Of a stretch of DNA of 16,193 bases, positions 15,395 to 16,193 are shown one piece after another; position 1 is the first letter of the stretch; every line of letters starts with the position of its first letter. The DNA is from a candidate division WOR-3 bacterium (lineage in GTDB: Bacteria; Hydrothermota; Hydrothermia; JBDRYB01), in the NCBI GenBank assembly GCA_039803205.1, contig JBDRYB010000035.1, forward strand, positions 1 to 16,193, written 5' to 3'. Position numbers and translations under genes: made by a program. The notes under the pieces are model-generated. The model was not told the origin of the DNA. It made no database searches and saw nothing but the letters and a program-made list of their open reading frames with translations.

Positions 15395-15488
15395 TCTAAA
15401 CGCGGATCGCCCAATCTCTCGGCCGGCCTATGGCCTTCTTAGGCCAATCCTTCTCTCGTAAATCCCGATAAAATCAGCAGAATTCTCA

Positions 15489-15560
15489 TAAGTTATTGGC
15501 CCACAAGGAGTTCGGCTTAAGTCCTTATCCGGCAAGGATTTAGCTTGTTATTGACACAAG
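15489..15560. repeat. Tandem imperfect palindromes with 7-bp spacers
   Basis: TAAGTTATT-N7-AAGGAGTTC (15489-15513), TAAGTCCTT-N7-AAGGATTTA (15518-15542) and CTTGT-N7-ACAAG (15544-15560). Confidence 0.6.
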
Positions 15561-15649
15561 TTGATCCAGCACGGGGGGGTTAAAATTTGAGCCTAACCGA
15601 AAGCCCCCGGTCCCGAGGGTCTGAATATCGGGCAAAAAGGAGAGAAGAG

Positions 15650-16193
15650 ATGAAAAGGTGGAACATCTCAATAGGTGGTGCCCTCTTGGGCGTGATGTGT
15701 CTGGTCTCGTCAGCCTGGGGACTTAGTCTCACAGGCCTGGCAAAAGCCATATGCCCCTACTGCGAGAGCTGCGATCCAACCCCGAAGCCCCCTGCTACAA
15801 GCTACGAATATAGTATAGAGATATTCAAGATACTTCCTGGTGGCGGCCTATTGAATTGTGGTTGGGAACCTATTAATATAGGCGGATATGTAGGCTACAA
15901 CGCAAAGCTTTGGAACTGCCAAGCCTCTGCTGGAGATTCCATTTACATCCGCACCTACAAATCTGGTGTTGGTTCCTGCGATTATCGTTTTGTGCTCACC
16001 CAAGGCTCATCCGTATACCATATAACCTGCGCCTACCCCCGCGGCGGCTCACCCACTGGCGGCGAGGATACCCTCGGAGCCATGGCCATAGGTAGCTTGA
16101 TCCTTGAGAACTCGGTAAAACTCTCCAAGAACCCAAGTGAGGGCCCGGTGAACCTTACCCTGTGTCTCGTGGAGCCCGGAGACGCGTGGATAA
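15650..16193 (+). CDS. Cys-rich secreted protein with the probable start of a T9SS type-A-like tail, 3'-truncated (not in the ORF track)
   Basis: AAGGAG SD upstream of ATG 15650. The frame is open to the window end: MKRWNISIGGALLGVMCLVSSAWG-LSLTGLAKAICPYCESCDPTPKPP...VKLSKNPSEGPVNLTLCLVEPGDAWI. Sec-type signal peptide ending in SAWG. Confidence 0.8.
   Translation, partial: MKRWNISIGGALLGVMCLVSSAWGLSLTGLAKAICPYCESCDPTPKPPATSYEYSIEIFKILPGGGLLNCGWEPINIGGYVGYNAKLWNCQASAGDSIYIRTYKSGVGSCDYRFVLTQGSSVYHITCAYPRGGSPTGGEDTLGAMAIGSLILENSVKLSKNPSEGPVNLTLCLVEPGDAWI

Noticed and set aside
15431..15446. TGGCCT-TCTT-AGGCCA hairpin after murA as a terminator
   Set aside because: The stem is only 6 bp with no clear U-tract, so it is possible but too weak to call.
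15489..15560. CRISPR-like repeat-spacer interpretation of the palindrome array
   Set aside because: There are only two or three degenerate units, the gaps are far too short for spacers, and there are no cas genes.
15587..15649. Possible riboswitch in the leader of the last gene (CCGAAAGCCCCCGGTCC; CCCGA...TCGGG hairpin), faintly like c-di-GMP-I
   Set aside because: The conserved elements are incomplete and out of order. An Infernal/Rfam scan would be needed and I cannot support a call by eye.
15910..16095. 61-aa ORF listed in the track
   Set aside because: It is an alternative frame inside the better-supported ORF starting at 15650, which has an SD and a signal peptide.

Overview
This is a gene-dense bacterial chromosomal segment with no mobile element, CRISPR array or rRNA. 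Frequent ATA (Ile) and AGG/AGA (Arg) codons, murA, lipoproteins and several T9SS type-A-like C-terminal tails suggest a diderm, possibly thermophilic, FCB-related lineage such as WOR-3/TA06 (inference only). On the + strand: a 5'-truncated YVTN/YncE beta-propeller, a Kelch-propeller protein with a T9SS-like tail, a GH26-like multidomain protein with a T9SS-like tail, a DUF3160 lipoprotein, an archaeal-type SAM synthetase (mat), ktrB-ktrA and a small TPR protein. A - strand block follows, in transcription order: tRNA-His(GTG), a YbjN-like protein, an archaeal-type UPF0282 MBL hydrolase, a HEAT-repeat protein and tRNA-Leu(CAG). The + strand then resumes with an Lpp-like coiled-coil lipoprotein, a second putative lipoprotein, murA, an intergenic array of 7-bp-spaced palindromes, and a 3'-truncated Cys-rich secreted protein missing from the ORF track. 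I cannot show a complete new multi-gene system here. The best leads are: (1) a Kelch blade interdigitated with an FN3/Ig-like domain; (2) a GH26-like enzyme with a remodelled active site; (3) a Braun-lipoprotein-like gene upstream of murA; (4) repeated leaderless promoter-start architecture with a TTGATC -35 variant; (5) the palindrome array upstream of the Cys-rich secreted protein. All family assignments are from motif recognition, not database searches.
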